The translations under genes and the position numbers were made by a program. The notes beneath the pieces are model-generated. The model saw only the letters and a list, made by a program, of their open reading frames with translations. It ran no database searches and had not been told where the DNA came from. From contig JBBRPR010000025.1 in the NCBI GenBank assembly GCA_038227875.1, forward strand, positions 32,001-96,000: 64,000 bases of DNA. Reading direction: 5' to 3'. Shown in pieces: positions 29,109-39,112 of the stretch. Numbering within the stretch: position 1 is the stretch's first letter; each line of letters starts with the position of its first letter. The stretch is from Planctomycetota bacterium. Lineage in GTDB: Bacteria; Planctomycetota; SZUA-567; H5-PLA8.

Positions 29109-29137
29109 TTGAACATTTGTGCCAACGTTGGCATAAT
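29109..29137 (+). promoter_or_regulatory. Sigma70-type promoter with LacI operator 2 in the spacer
   Basis: TTGAAC-17 nt-CATAAT, with TGCCAACGTTGGCA at 29120-29133. Confidence 0.8.
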
Positions 29138-29183
29138 GAGAACAGAAACCTTTCAATTGCAATCATGGGAAAAGGAGCGCTCG

Positions 29184-30548
29184 ATGGCACGCAGGAAACG
29201 CTTTGTGCAGGTCGGAGTCGGTGGGCGAGCGGGGATGTTTTACGACGCCCTGGCTGGACGCTTTGCCGAAACGTGTGAACTGCTGGCGATTTGCGACCGC
29301 AATGAAGGGCGGCTTAACTTACGCGTACGTCAACTCGCCGAACGCGGTGTTACGGTGCGCGCTTACATCGCCGAAGAATTCGAACGGATGATCGCGGAAA
29401 ACAAGCCGGACACGGTGATCGTGACGACGCAGGACTCGTTTCATGATGTGTATCTTTGCCGCGCGATGGAACTGGGATGCGATGTCATTACCGAAAAACC
29501 AATGACCACCGATGCGCAGAAATGCAATCGCATCCTGAATACGCAGCGCCGCACCGGTCGCAAATGCACAGTTACTTTTAACTATCGCTACTCCCCGCCT
29601 CGCACGCAGGTCAAGGATCTGTTGATGAGCGGCGTGATTGGCGACGTGCGCTCGATGGATTTTCACTGGATGCTCGATACCAGCCACGGCGCGGACTACT
29701 TCCGGCGCTGGCATCGTCAGAAAGAAAATTCCGGTGGTCTGATGGTCCATAAGGCCACGCATCATTTCGATCTGGCCAACTGGTGGCTCTCGGCCGTTCC
29801 AGAAAGTGTCATCGCCACCGGCCGGCGGTCGTTCTACACACCCGAGACAGCCCGCCGCTATGGCCTGAACAACCGTGGCGAACGATGTCTGGACTGCGCC
29901 GAAGCCGCGCGCTGCCCTTTCCGTCTGGATCTTTCGAGCAATGCCAATCTTCGGACGGTCTATTTGGAAAACGAAGCCCACGACGGCTACCAGCGCGACC
30001 GCTGTGTCTTCAGCCAAGACATGGATATCGAAGACGAAATGCAGGCCATCGTTCGCTATTCCAATGGCGCGACGATGTCCTATTCGCTCCACGCGTTCAT
30101 GCCTTGGGAAGGTTACACCGTCGTGTTCAACGGCACTAAGGGCCGGCTGGAACACACGTGTCAGGAATCCGTCTACGTCAACGGTGACGGCACGATTCCG
30201 GGCCAACTCCGGAACGAAGGCACGCAGATCAAGATCTATCCTCATTTTCAAAATGGGTACGCGGTCGATATCTGGCAAGCGGAAGGCGGCCACGGCGGCG
30301 GCGATGCGCCACTGCTGGACGATTTGTTCAGCCCCAAACCGTCGTTGGATAAATACCTGCGCGCGGCCGATCAGCGTGCTGGCGCCTACTCCATCTTAAC
30401 GGGGATCGCGGCCAACCAGTCCATCGCAACGGGTCAGGCGGTGCGCATCGATTCGCTGGTGAACAACATCGGACTGCCCGAGTATCCACCGATGCCGTTA
30501 GCAACCGATCCGCTGCCGTTGCCCAGCGAAGTTGGCGCGCGGGTGTAA
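29184..30548 (+). CDS. Gfo/Idh/MocA oxidoreductase (YteT-like)
   Basis: VGVGGR, ITEKPM, FNYRY, HGADYFRRWHR, HKATHHFD, GGHGGGD; AAGGAG RBS. Confidence 0.9.
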   Translation: MARRKRFVQVGVGGRAGMFYDALAGRFAETCELLAICDRNEGRLNLRVRQLAERGVTVRAYIAEEFERMIAENKPDTVIVTTQDSFHDVYLCRAMELGCDVITEKPMTTDAQKCNRILNTQRRTGRKCTVTFNYRYSPPRTQVKDLLMSGVIGDVRSMDFHWMLDTSHGADYFRRWHRQKENSGGLMVHKATHHFDLANWWLSAVPESVIATGRRSFYTPETARRYGLNNRGERCLDCAEAARCPFRLDLSSNANLRTVYLENEAHDGYQRDRCVFSQDMDIEDEMQAIVRYSNGATMSYSLHAFMPWEGYTVVFNGTKGRLEHTCQESVYVNGDGTIPGQLRNEGTQIKIYPHFQNGYAVDIWQAEGGHGGGDAPLLDDLFSPKPSLDKYLRAADQRAGAYSILTGIAANQSIATGQAVRIDSLVNNIGLPEYPPMPLATDPLPLPSEVGARV

Positions 30549-30588
30549 GTCGCAGGGCGAGCAGACGTGAAATGTCGGACAACACGAG

Positions 30589-30615
30589 ACTCTCCGCAGG
30601 TGCGGAGAGTTTTTT
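30589..30615 (+). terminator. Intrinsic terminator
   Basis: ACTCTCCGC-AGGT-GCGGAGAGT followed by a T-run. Confidence 0.8.
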
Positions 30616-30751
30616 GTGGGCGCAAGAATTGTAGCGAGTGCAAAATAGTACAATCCCAAGTCAAATTCGTCATATCGAATGCGGGCAAAACGCTGAAACT
30701 TTCGGTGTACTTTCTACGACAGAACTCTTCCCGGTTATTCAAAAGGTAAAG

Positions 30752-32911
30752 ATGATGAGACATCGTGTTCCATGCCATGCTCTGGCATTTGCTATCCTGC
30801 TCTTCGTCTCAAATGCCATTTCACGCCAAGTTCCGGCGGAAGAAGGACAGTGGGTGGCACTGTGGCAGGATGCATACTCAGGCATGCCCAACCCGGGGCT
30901 TGACCCGGAACGAGTCGCGGCGGTTCCAGCCGTCGATCGCACGACCGGCGAGGTATATCTGTCGTTCTGGACATATGGAATCTGGAAAAGCACCGATGAA
31001 GGAAAGAGTTTTGTTCGCGTGGACGGAAAAAGTATTTCGGGTGACGGCTGCGGACCCATTCGCGGCGCGTCGTTCTACATTCATCCCGAGGGCAAGAAGA
31101 TCGCGGCCTTCAACATGAACAACAACCCGGGCCCGTCCGGGTTCTCAACCGACGGAGGTCAATCCTGGACCCGCTTCGAAGCGGTCGGACGTAATTGGGA
31201 TTTTGGCGCGATCGATTGGGAGAGCCAGTTGGTCTTTGCCGCCCGACACGAATTCGAAGCGTTGCATATAAGCGCGGACGCCGGAAAAACGTGGACTCAA
31301 TTGGACCGGGAGCGCTGGCCGGTTTCCGGGCTGGGGGTGGCGGGAAAAAGTCTGCTGCTGGCCACGGCGGAAGGCATTGAACGGAGCGAGGACAACGGCA
31401 AGTCGTGGAAAAAAATTTCAGCGCTTGTCGGTACAGGACCGACTCTGGCCTTCAATGGGAAGCTCTGGTGGCTCTCAGAGGCTGGGAAGGGTGTGCTGGT
31501 CAGCACTGATCAGGGCGCCACATGGGAGATTCAAGGCGTGGCCGCGCCGGGCGCTGTGGAACTCGGACCGTTCTTTGGAAAGGACGAGAACCATCTCGTC
31601 CTGGTGGGAAACGATGGGTTCTATGAGACGCTGGACGGCTGTAAGACATGGAAACTCGCAGTGGCCATGCCGCCTGACTTCAAATTGAGCGGCGCGGCGT
31701 TCGATCCCGTTCACGATATTTTCTATCTCACCGGTCATCAGCTTCCGGTCATGAAATTTCTCCGCGGTCGGAAACCGGAATACGTTACGCCATCCGCTGG
31801 CGGCGCTAACGGCGCAGAGAGCAGCGCGCCGCGCCCGAAAGCGGAATTCGTCGAGACGCCGAATTTCAAGACTCGCTGCACGGTCGGCGCGGCCGACGCC
31901 GTTCTCGACAACTACCTGTTTGTGACGGGCGAGGACGGCTTCATGATTTTCAGACGCGATCTTCAATCCGGCAAGCTGACGTTCATCGAGCAGCAACTCG
32001 AACTGAAGGCTGGCGGCTTTGCGCTCGTCGCCGCGGGCGGGAGGTTGTACGGCGTAACGCCGCATGATGGATACCGACGGATGTCGTGGCACGGATTGGG
32101 CTGGTTCGAGGTGGATCCTGCGACGGGTCATGCGTTGAAAAAAGGCGTGGTGGAATGTCCCGCGTCGCGCCAAATGCTCGTGGGTCCTGGGCAGAAAGAT
32201 CTTTATCTGAAGTCGTGCGGGGGAGAGCAGAACAGGGTTTTCTGGTATCGGATTGGCGACGACGGCACGCCGGTGAAATCCGCCGAAGTGGAGGGGAAGG
32301 GGATCGGCGCCTCGAATTTCAGCGACTATCCGGGCCTGCTGATTCAGTCGAAAGACGGGAGGGATCTCTACACCATCTCATCCAAGGACTATTCGATTGC
32401 GCAGATTCGGCGCGATCCGACGGGAGCGATTAAGTATGCCGGAGCAACGGATCTGGCAGTGGTGGCCAAAGCGGCCCCAGAGAACTATGGCTACCAATGG
32501 GTGTCGCTGGCCATCAGTCCCGATGGCGTATGGCTCTACGCCAGTGTGCGCAACGGAAAACCGACTCATAATTTCTACGGCATCTTCAAACGCGATCCAG
32601 AGACAGGCGCGCTGACGTTTCGGGAGACTGTGAACGGCGAACAAGATCCGCTGGCGAACATGAAGGGGTGGAACATGCTCTTTTCGCCCAGCGGCACCGG
32701 CGGATACTTGGGAAATTTCGCGGGGCCGCTGACGACATTCAATTACGATTCAAAGACGGGGCACTTGTCGAATGTCCAAGTCGTCAATGAGACCAAGTGG
32801 AACGGCACGTCAATCCTGGCGGCGGACACCGAACACGGATTGCTCTACGTCACCGGCCGGGAATATACTTGGGATCGAATCTTCTCGCTTAAGATCGATA
32901 AGGCCAAGTAG
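30752..32911 (+). CDS. Secreted two-propeller protein: BNR/Asp-box (sialidase/GH74-like) domain plus lactonase-like beta-propeller
   Basis: Signal peptide and six Asp-boxes (STDEGKSF, STDGGQSW, SADAGKTW, SEDNGKSW, STDQGATW, TLDGCKTW); C-terminal half has RD..TG.LTF and ISPDG repeats. Confidence 0.75.
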   Translation: MMRHRVPCHALAFAILLFVSNAISRQVPAEEGQWVALWQDAYSGMPNPGLDPERVAAVPAVDRTTGEVYLSFWTYGIWKSTDEGKSFVRVDGKSISGDGCGPIRGASFYIHPEGKKIAAFNMNNNPGPSGFSTDGGQSWTRFEAVGRNWDFGAIDWESQLVFAARHEFEALHISADAGKTWTQLDRERWPVSGLGVAGKSLLLATAEGIERSEDNGKSWKKISALVGTGPTLAFNGKLWWLSEAGKGVLVSTDQGATWEIQGVAAPGAVELGPFFGKDENHLVLVGNDGFYETLDGCKTWKLAVAMPPDFKLSGAAFDPVHDIFYLTGHQLPVMKFLRGRKPEYVTPSAGGANGAESSAPRPKAEFVETPNFKTRCTVGAADAVLDNYLFVTGEDGFMIFRRDLQSGKLTFIEQQLELKAGGFALVAAGGRLYGVTPHDGYRRMSWHGLGWFEVDPATGHALKKGVVECPASRQMLVGPGQKDLYLKSCGGEQNRVFWYRIGDDGTPVKSAEVEGKGIGASNFSDYPGLLIQSKDGRDLYTISSKDYSIAQIRRDPTGAIKYAGATDLAVVAKAAPENYGYQWVSLAISPDGVWLYASVRNGKPTHNFYGIFKRDPETGALTFRETVNGEQDPLANMKGWNMLFSPSGTGGYLGNFAGPLTTFNYDSKTGHLSNVQVVNETKWNGTSILAADTEHGLLYVTGREYTWDRIFSLKIDKAK

Positions 32912-32952
32912 CATCGGATATTTGGATTGAAGCAAGGTCCCTCGCACTCAAT

Positions 32953-33630
32953 TCAAATGCGCGAGGCCACCTTCTTCCTTACTTCCGGACTCGCACCCAG
33001 CCGCGCCAAAATGTTCTCCACGCCCGTTTTCGCGCGCTTCAAACTTTCCGGATCGTGCGTTTGGACGTAGAGATAATTCGCCGTCAGCATCATCGCCTCT
33101 ATTTCGAAGACGGATTGCGGCACGTCGACTTTGTCGTTGATTTCGCCGAGCGCGCGGCCTTCGACAAGGCAGTCTTTCAACAGCGCGAACCACTGAACCT
33201 GAACGGCCAGGACTTTGTCGCGGGCGGGGCCGGGGTGGGTGTCCAGTTCCATCGCGACCGACGCGAAAAAGCAGCCGCCAGGAAAGACGCGGCGCTCCAA
33301 GTGGCCCAGGAACGCGTTTACCATGGCCCGGAGTCGCTGAACACCGGCGGGAGCGGCCAGCGCGTGTTGGAGCACTTCCTGGTCAAAGATGGCGATGGCC
33401 GTGTCGATCGTCGCCAGCTCGAGTTCTTCTTTCGATTTGAAATGAGCGTAAAGACCGCTCTTGCTCATGCCCACGGCGGCGGCGAGGTCGCCGATGGACA
33501 GGGTGTGCAAGCCTTTGGTCGTGGCCAGTTTCGCCGCGGTATGCAGGATCGTGGCCCGGCTTTCATTTCCCTTGGAAAAAGAAAGTGCGGGCTCGGCTGC
33601 GTTCGATTTTGTTGAATTCTGTTCGCCCAT
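32953..33630 (-). CDS. TetR/AcrR family regulator
   Basis: SIGDLAAAVGMSKSGLYAHFKSKEEL; PGGCFF. Confidence 0.92.
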   Translation of the reverse strand: MGEQNSTKSNAAEPALSFSKGNESRATILHTAAKLATTKGLHTLSIGDLAAAVGMSKSGLYAHFKSKEELELATIDTAIAIFDQEVLQHALAAPAGVQRLRAMVNAFLGHLERRVFPGGCFFASVAMELDTHPGPARDKVLAVQVQWFALLKDCLVEGRALGEINDKVDVPQSVFEIEAMMLTANYLYVQTHDPESLKRAKTGVENILARLGASPEVRKKVASRI

Positions 33631-33641
33631 ACCTTGACAAT

Positions 33642-33691
33642 AGCACGATCGGTCGTATATTCAAGTCGTAAAAGAAACGAACGTTCGTGCT
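33642..33691. promoter_or_regulatory. Two TetR-type operators in a divergent promoter
   Basis: AGCACGATCGGTCGT and ACGAACGTTCGTGCT, inverted copies of each other and each near-palindromic. TTGACA at 33634 and TATATT at 33656 flank the first box. Confidence 0.7.
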
Positions 33692-33763
33692 TTTAATGGC
33701 TGGCAAGACGCAGGTAGTGGTGAACCGCAACAGGCGTCTCGCACTTCAAAGAGGAGAAAAACC

Positions 33764-33985
33764 ATGCCTTTCGTCAACGTTAAGCTGGTAGAGGGCGTTT
33801 TCACGCCGGCTCAAAAACAGGAGATGATCCGCAAGCTCACCGACACCATGGTCTCCATCGAAGGCGAGAACATGCGCCCAGTGACCTGGGTGGTGATCGA
33901 AGAAGTGAAAAGTGGCGAGTGGGGAATCGGCGGCAAGGGTCTGACCACAGCCGATGTGAAAACACTGGCGAAGAAGTCCGGCTAA
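33764..33985 (+). CDS. 4-oxalocrotonate tautomerase family protein
   Basis: N-terminal catalytic Pro (MPFVNVK), QKQEMIRKLTD, WVVIEEV..GEWGIGG; GAGGAG RBS. Confidence 0.92.
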   Translation: MPFVNVKLVEGVFTPAQKQEMIRKLTDTMVSIEGENMRPVTWVVIEEVKSGEWGIGGKGLTTADVKTLAKKSG

Positions 33986-34007
33986 GCCTGCGCCAACTTT
34001 GGCGGAC

Positions 34008-35159
34008 TCAACGTGCCTCTTCTTCTCCGAACGATAGTCCCGAGCACGCGAACAGGCCGGCGAGGCAGGTTAGCCCGACCATGAATTTTCCGACGGCACG
34101 GTTCTGGTAGTGGTTGAAGATCATCCAGACCATCACGGCCATTACCAGTGCCATGCCGGCCAAACCGCAGAGAATCCGCAGTACGGCGAAGCGGTCTTTG
34201 CGGATCAAGCGGCGCAGTCCGCCCAGCGCCCAGCCCGGAAACTGGAACAGATCCCATGGGCGCGTGAAACTGTTGCGCCCGGCCCACGCGGCACCGACAC
34301 CGAAGAGCACGATCCAGAATGAGACCATTGAAAACCGATTCACGGGGCGCGTAGTTTCTTGCTCTTCCATCGCGATAATTTCGGGTGACATCGTAAATAC
34401 CGCGTTGCTGACGTTGACCTCGCTGTGTGAATCGAGCCAATTGTGGGCGTATTCCGCGGCGCTCGTTGTCTGTTCGGCGGTGAGGGGTTCATCTTTGAAT
34501 CCAAGGGCGCGCGCCTCCTCAAGCCAGAGGCCGAACCAGACCCAGTTGGTACCGGCGTACGCCTTTGGGGCGAGAAGATATGCGAGCAGATCGTCCTGAA
34601 ACGCTTGTCTCGACGCGTATTTCTGGCACGACGCCTTTTTGCTGACGCGCGCTTCCAACGCTTGTACGGCGGTGGAATTCTCCCGCAGCCACGTCTTGAT
34701 CTGGTCGGGGCGTTCCGCGATGATTTTCGCGATCTCGGGCGCTTCCTCGTAGCCGTGCGCTTTCATGGTTGCGGCGGCTTGGACGGTCACGGATGAACGC
34801 TGCGATGGCGGCAGCGCCAGAGCGGCCGCGAGTTCCTCGTTCGACTTGCTCCGCGCGCTGGACCTGTCCACCGACATACCCAGCGACCCAACGACGTAGG
34901 GCGCGAGTAGAATCAGCACGCCAAGCACCGTGGTTCCAAGCGGTGCAAGTTGCACGCGTGAAGCCAGCAGCGCCATCGCCAGGACCGCCAGTGTTCCCAT
35001 GATCAAGTTGATGCCGCCGGTTTCGGGAGCCAGCGCCACGCCACCGATCGCGATGGCGGCGAGAATCAACCAAAGCAGCGCAAAAATCAGGAAGATCAAC
35101 ACTGCACGGTTGGGCGCCTTTATGTTGGAACCGTCGAAGAGCGAGTCATTGGTTGGCAT
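34008..35159 (-). CDS. Hypothetical membrane protein
   Basis: Three N-terminal and about three C-terminal hydrophobic segments around a soluble domain. Confidence 0.65.
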   Translation of the reverse strand: MPTNDSLFDGSNIKAPNRAVLIFLIFALLWLILAAIAIGGVALAPETGGINLIMGTLAVLAMALLASRVQLAPLGTTVLGVLILLAPYVVGSLGMSVDRSSARSKSNEELAAALALPPSQRSSVTVQAAATMKAHGYEEAPEIAKIIAERPDQIKTWLRENSTAVQALEARVSKKASCQKYASRQAFQDDLLAYLLAPKAYAGTNWVWFGLWLEEARALGFKDEPLTAEQTTSAAEYAHNWLDSHSEVNVSNAVFTMSPEIIAMEEQETTRPVNRFSMVSFWIVLFGVGAAWAGRNSFTRPWDLFQFPGWALGGLRRLIRKDRFAVLRILCGLAGMALVMAVMVWMIFNHYQNRAVGKFMVGLTCLAGLFACSGLSFGEEEAR

Positions 35160-35374
35160 ACGCGGGCTTCCTGAATAGTGGGTACAGTGTCATTTTGGCG
35201 GTGCATTATAGCTCAAGTTGGTGCGCTGATTCAAAAATTCGACAACTTTGCGTGTAACCGCTGCGCGTCCTGACTTCTCTGCTCCTCGTTACGGGATACT
35301 TGTCATGGACTGACGACGGGCTTATAAGATGAGCCTTCGTTTTCCATCCATCAGCCCATTAATCAGGAGGAGCA

Positions 35375-35794
35375 ATGAACACATCTCGCTGGATCTGGTC
35401 TGCCGTGTTGTGCGTGGGCTTGTTTGCCGTGAGTGCGCGTGCTGCCACGACCAAGGACGCAGCACCGGAAGTGATGAAGGGTCTGGAAGAAAAAGTCGAC
35501 AAGATGCTGAAAGCCTACAACGAAAATTCGTACAAGGATTTCTTCGCAGATTACGCCAAAGCAATGGCTGCTTTGGGTACCGAGTCGACCTTCAAGATGC
35601 TCTATGTCGACAAGGGGTTCGGTAAGTTTGTCTCGAAGAAACTGATCGACAAAGAGACGGTCTCGGCCGGAGACCTTCCGCTGCTGGTATACGAAGGTGA
35701 ATTTGAAAAGGAGAAGAAGGTCAAGATTTCCATTAATTTCACCAAAGACGGCGACCAGCTCAAGATCATGCAGGTACAGTTTAATAAGATGTAA
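35375..35794 (+). CDS. Hypothetical secreted protein (Lys-rich)
   Basis: AGGAG RBS, signal peptide ending ARA, terminator downstream. Confidence 0.75.
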   Translation: MNTSRWIWSAVLCVGLFAVSARAATTKDAAPEVMKGLEEKVDKMLKAYNENSYKDFFADYAKAMAALGTESTFKMLYVDKGFGKFVSKKLIDKETVSAGDLPLLVYEGEFEKEKKVKISINFTKDGDQLKIMQVQFNKM

Positions 35795-35834
35795 CCTTTG
35801 CATATATGGCGAATACAGCAGAGTGAATTTGTGT

Positions 35835-35869
35835 TAAAGCAGCCGCGAAAAATACGCGGCTGCTTTATT
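35835..35869 (+). terminator. Intrinsic terminator
   Basis: TAAAGCAGCCGCG-AAAATA-CGCGGCTGCTTTA followed by TTT. Confidence 0.8.
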
Positions 35870-35950
35870 TGTATATTGTCCGGCTTTCGAAACGCCGTTT
35901 TCACGCTACAATCACCAGCCCATAGGAATGGTTGGAACCTCTTTTATCCC

Positions 35951-38900
35951 ATGATGCGATTGAAAATTGTGTCCAAAGCGGCGAGCGTCACCCTCGTCGC
36001 TGTCGGCTTGATGGTGCTGACCGGCTGGACGTTTAACCTGATCCGACTGACCAGTATTGTCGCCGGCTACACGCCGATGAATCCGTTCACGGCCATTTTC
36101 TTCGTTATCCTCAGCGGTTCGTTGTGGCGGCAGTGCGACGCGGTGAGATCTGACCTCCTGGCTCGGTGTGTTGCCGCTGCCGTGGCCGTGGTCGCAGGAT
36201 TCGTTTTCCTCGACATCGTCTGCGGCTTGAACGTCGGCCTGGATCGCAGCCTGTTCACTGAAGGTCTGATGCGCGCAGCCAACGGACCCAATCGCATGGC
36301 GCCAAACACGGCGCTCGCGTTCGTATTCTGCGGCGTGGCCCTGGCGATGTTGGATTGGGAAACGTCCACCAGGCGCCGTCCGGCTCAATGGTGCGCGCTA
36401 GGCGCCGGTGTGCTCGCGCTGCTGGCTCTGATTGGCTACGCCTACAGTGCCATGTCCCTGGCGCGGGTCGCGCTCTACATCCCCATGGCCATTCACAGTT
36501 CGCTCTCGTTTTTAATGCTCTCCACGGGAATCATCTGTGCGCGGCCCGACAAGGGCATAATGCGCAGCCTCATGGCCGACAGTATCGGCAGCACGTTGCT
36601 GCGACGACTCCTGCCGACGGCGATTCTGCTCCCGATTTTCCTGGGCTGGCTGATGCTTCTGGCGCAGCAGAGCGGCATATTCACGACGGTCTTTGCTGTC
36701 TCGCTGCTGGCGATCCTGATCGTTTTGGTCTTTTCGACGCTGCTGTGGCTTACCGCAGCGCGCGTGCATGAGTTGGACGAGAAACGCAAGCTCGAAGAGC
36801 AGCGCCGCCGTATGATCATCGACAACTGCTACGACGTGTTCGTCGGCATCGACGGCCGCGGCGAGGTCGTCGAGTGGAATTCCCAGGCGGAAGTGGTCTT
36901 CGGTTGGACGCGCGCAGAGGCCTGTGGCAAAACGCTCGCGTCGCTGATTCTGCCGGAACGTTTCCGCGAGGCTCATCGCGCGGGGATCGTGAAATTTCTG
37001 GCGACTGGCGAAGGGCCGGTGCTGAACAAGCGTCTGGAGCTCTCGGCGCTGCGGCGCTCGGGCGTTGAGTTTCCCGTCGAGTTCACAATTTCGCCGATTC
37101 AAATCGGATCGGAGTGGCTCTTCAGCGCATTCATGCGCGATGTCTCGGAGCGCAAGCGCGCCGAGGCGGAACTGGCGCAGGCGCGTGACGAGGCGCTGCA
37201 GTCGGCGCAGATGAAGTCCGAATTCCTGGCCAACATGAGCCACGAGATCCGCACACCGATGAACGGGATCATCGGTATGTCCGATCTGCTGTTCGGCACC
37301 AAACTGTCGCCGCAGCAACGCGAATTTGCTTCGACCATTCAATCCAGCGCCGACGCGCTTATGACCATCATCGATGACATTCTCGATTTTTCGAAAATCG
37401 AGGCGGGCAAACTGGAGTTCGAGCTGCTGGACTTCGATCTTCGCAGTGTGGTTGAAGGCGTCGCGGATCTGATGACCGAGCGTGCCCACGCCAAGGGTTT
37501 GGAACTCGCTTACCTTATTCACCGCGACGTGCCGACCAAACTGCGTGGCGACCCGGGACGTTTGCGGCAAGTGCTGCTGAATCTGGTCAGCAACGCGGTC
37601 AAGTTCACCAATGCCGGTGAAGTGGTGATGCGCGTGACGGTGGAGTCCAAGTCGGACGCCCGGTGTACGCTTCGATTTTCCGTCACCGATACCGGCATCG
37701 GCTTGAGCGATTCGGCGATGTCTCGCTTGTTTCAGCCGTTCACGCAGGCCGACGGGTCGACGACGCGGCAATACGGCGGCACGGGGTTGGGCCTGGCGAT
37801 TTCGAAGCAGCTCGCCATCATGATGAAAGGCGAAATCGGTGCCGAGAGCCAGCAGGGCAAGGGCTCCACGTTCTGGTTCACCGCGGTGCTGGAGCGCTCC
37901 GCCCCGTCATCCGAGGCCCTGCCGGCGGTGACCGGTGCATTAAATGGCACGCGCGCGCTGATCGTCGATGACAATGAGACCAACCGCAAAATTCTGCAGT
38001 ACCAGCTCTCGTCGTGGCAGGTGCCTTACGAAAGTGCGGGAGACGGCCGCGAAGCATTGAACGCGCTGCACCGTGCCAGGACCGAGCATGCGGAATTCAC
38101 CATCGCGCTGATCGACATGCAGATGCCCGGAATGGACGGACTGGAACTGGCTCGCGCGATCAAGGCGGATCCCAGTCTTTCTGGATTGCGCGTGCTGATG
38201 ATGGCCTCGCAACAGACCGGAGCGCTCAGCGACAATGCGCGCGAGGCGGGCGTCGATGCGGTACTGATCAAACCCGTCAAGCCCGCCAAACTGCTCGATT
38301 GCATTACCTCTGCGCTCACCTTGCAATCACAGCCACAGTCCGCGCGGCCCGCCAGCCGGCCGCAGATCACGGTTCACAAGCGGCGCGGTCGAATTCTTCT
38401 GGCCGAGGACAATCCGGTCAATCAACGCGTGGCGTCGTTGCAACTGGAACGTCTGGGATTCGGCGTCGACATTGCCAACAGCGGGCAGGAGGCGATCGCG
38501 GCTGTTTCAAAATTCGACTACGATCTGGTCTTGATGGATTGCCAGATGCCGGACATCGACGGCTTCCAGGCGACCCAGGCGATCCGGAAACTGGAGCCCA
38601 AACGCAACGTCACGATCGTCGCGATGACCGCCAACGCCATGGAAGGCGACCGCGAACGCTGTCTTTCCGCTGGAATGAATGACTACCTCAGCAAACCCGT
38701 TGAGGCGCAGAAGCTCGAGGAAGTGCTGACCCGCTGGCTGCCCAACGGTACGGATAACCCGGAATCGGGATTGGACCTTGCCCGTCTGCGCGAAGCTTCC
38801 GGCGGCGACGATGCGGCGTTGCGTGAAATTGTCGCCGTGTATCTGGAATCCACAGAGCAGGAATTGCGCCGCCTGGGCACCGCAATCGAAACGGATAACT

Positions 38901-39112
38901 TCCCGGAAATGGAAAGCATCGCGCACACCTGCGCAGGAGGCAGTGCTACGTGCGGTGTCACGCCTATGGTCGTCGCCATGAAAGATCTTCAGCGGGCGGC
39001 GCTGCAAAAGGATGCCTTCGCCGCCCAGGCGCTGCAAGCCAAAGTGCGCGCGGAATTCGCGCGACTTAAAGTGCTTCTCGAAGCCGTCGCCGCCGACGGG
39101 ATGAAAACTTAA
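35951..39112 (+). CDS. Membrane hybrid histidine kinase (multi-TM, PAS, HisKA, HATPase, two REC, Hpt)
   Basis: FLANMSHEIRTPMNG, NLVSNAVKFT, DTGIG, GGTGLGL, two DxQMP receivers, AHTCAGGS Hpt. Confidence 0.93.
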   Translation: MMRLKIVSKAASVTLVAVGLMVLTGWTFNLIRLTSIVAGYTPMNPFTAIFFVILSGSLWRQCDAVRSDLLARCVAAAVAVVAGFVFLDIVCGLNVGLDRSLFTEGLMRAANGPNRMAPNTALAFVFCGVALAMLDWETSTRRRPAQWCALGAGVLALLALIGYAYSAMSLARVALYIPMAIHSSLSFLMLSTGIICARPDKGIMRSLMADSIGSTLLRRLLPTAILLPIFLGWLMLLAQQSGIFTTVFAVSLLAILIVLVFSTLLWLTAARVHELDEKRKLEEQRRRMIIDNCYDVFVGIDGRGEVVEWNSQAEVVFGWTRAEACGKTLASLILPERFREAHRAGIVKFLATGEGPVLNKRLELSALRRSGVEFPVEFTISPIQIGSEWLFSAFMRDVSERKRAEAELAQARDEALQSAQMKSEFLANMSHEIRTPMNGIIGMSDLLFGTKLSPQQREFASTIQSSADALMTIIDDILDFSKIEAGKLEFELLDFDLRSVVEGVADLMTERAHAKGLELAYLIHRDVPTKLRGDPGRLRQVLLNLVSNAVKFTNAGEVVMRVTVESKSDARCTLRFSVTDTGIGLSDSAMSRLFQPFTQADGSTTRQYGGTGLGLAISKQLAIMMKGEIGAESQQGKGSTFWFTAVLERSAPSSEALPAVTGALNGTRALIVDDNETNRKILQYQLSSWQVPYESAGDGREALNALHRARTEHAEFTIALIDMQMPGMDGLELARAIKADPSLSGLRVLMMASQQTGALSDNAREAGVDAVLIKPVKPAKLLDCITSALTLQSQPQSARPASRPQITVHKRRGRILLAEDNPVNQRVASLQLERLGFGVDIANSGQEAIAAVSKFDYDLVLMDCQMPDIDGFQATQAIRKLEPKRNVTIVAMTANAMEGDRERCLSAGMNDYLSKPVEAQKLEEVLTRWLPNGTDNPESGLDLARLREASGGDDAALREIVAVYLESTEQELRRLGTAIETDNFPEMESIAHTCAGGSATCGVTPMVVAMKDLQRAALQKDAFAAQALQAKVRAEFARLKVLLEAVAADGMKT

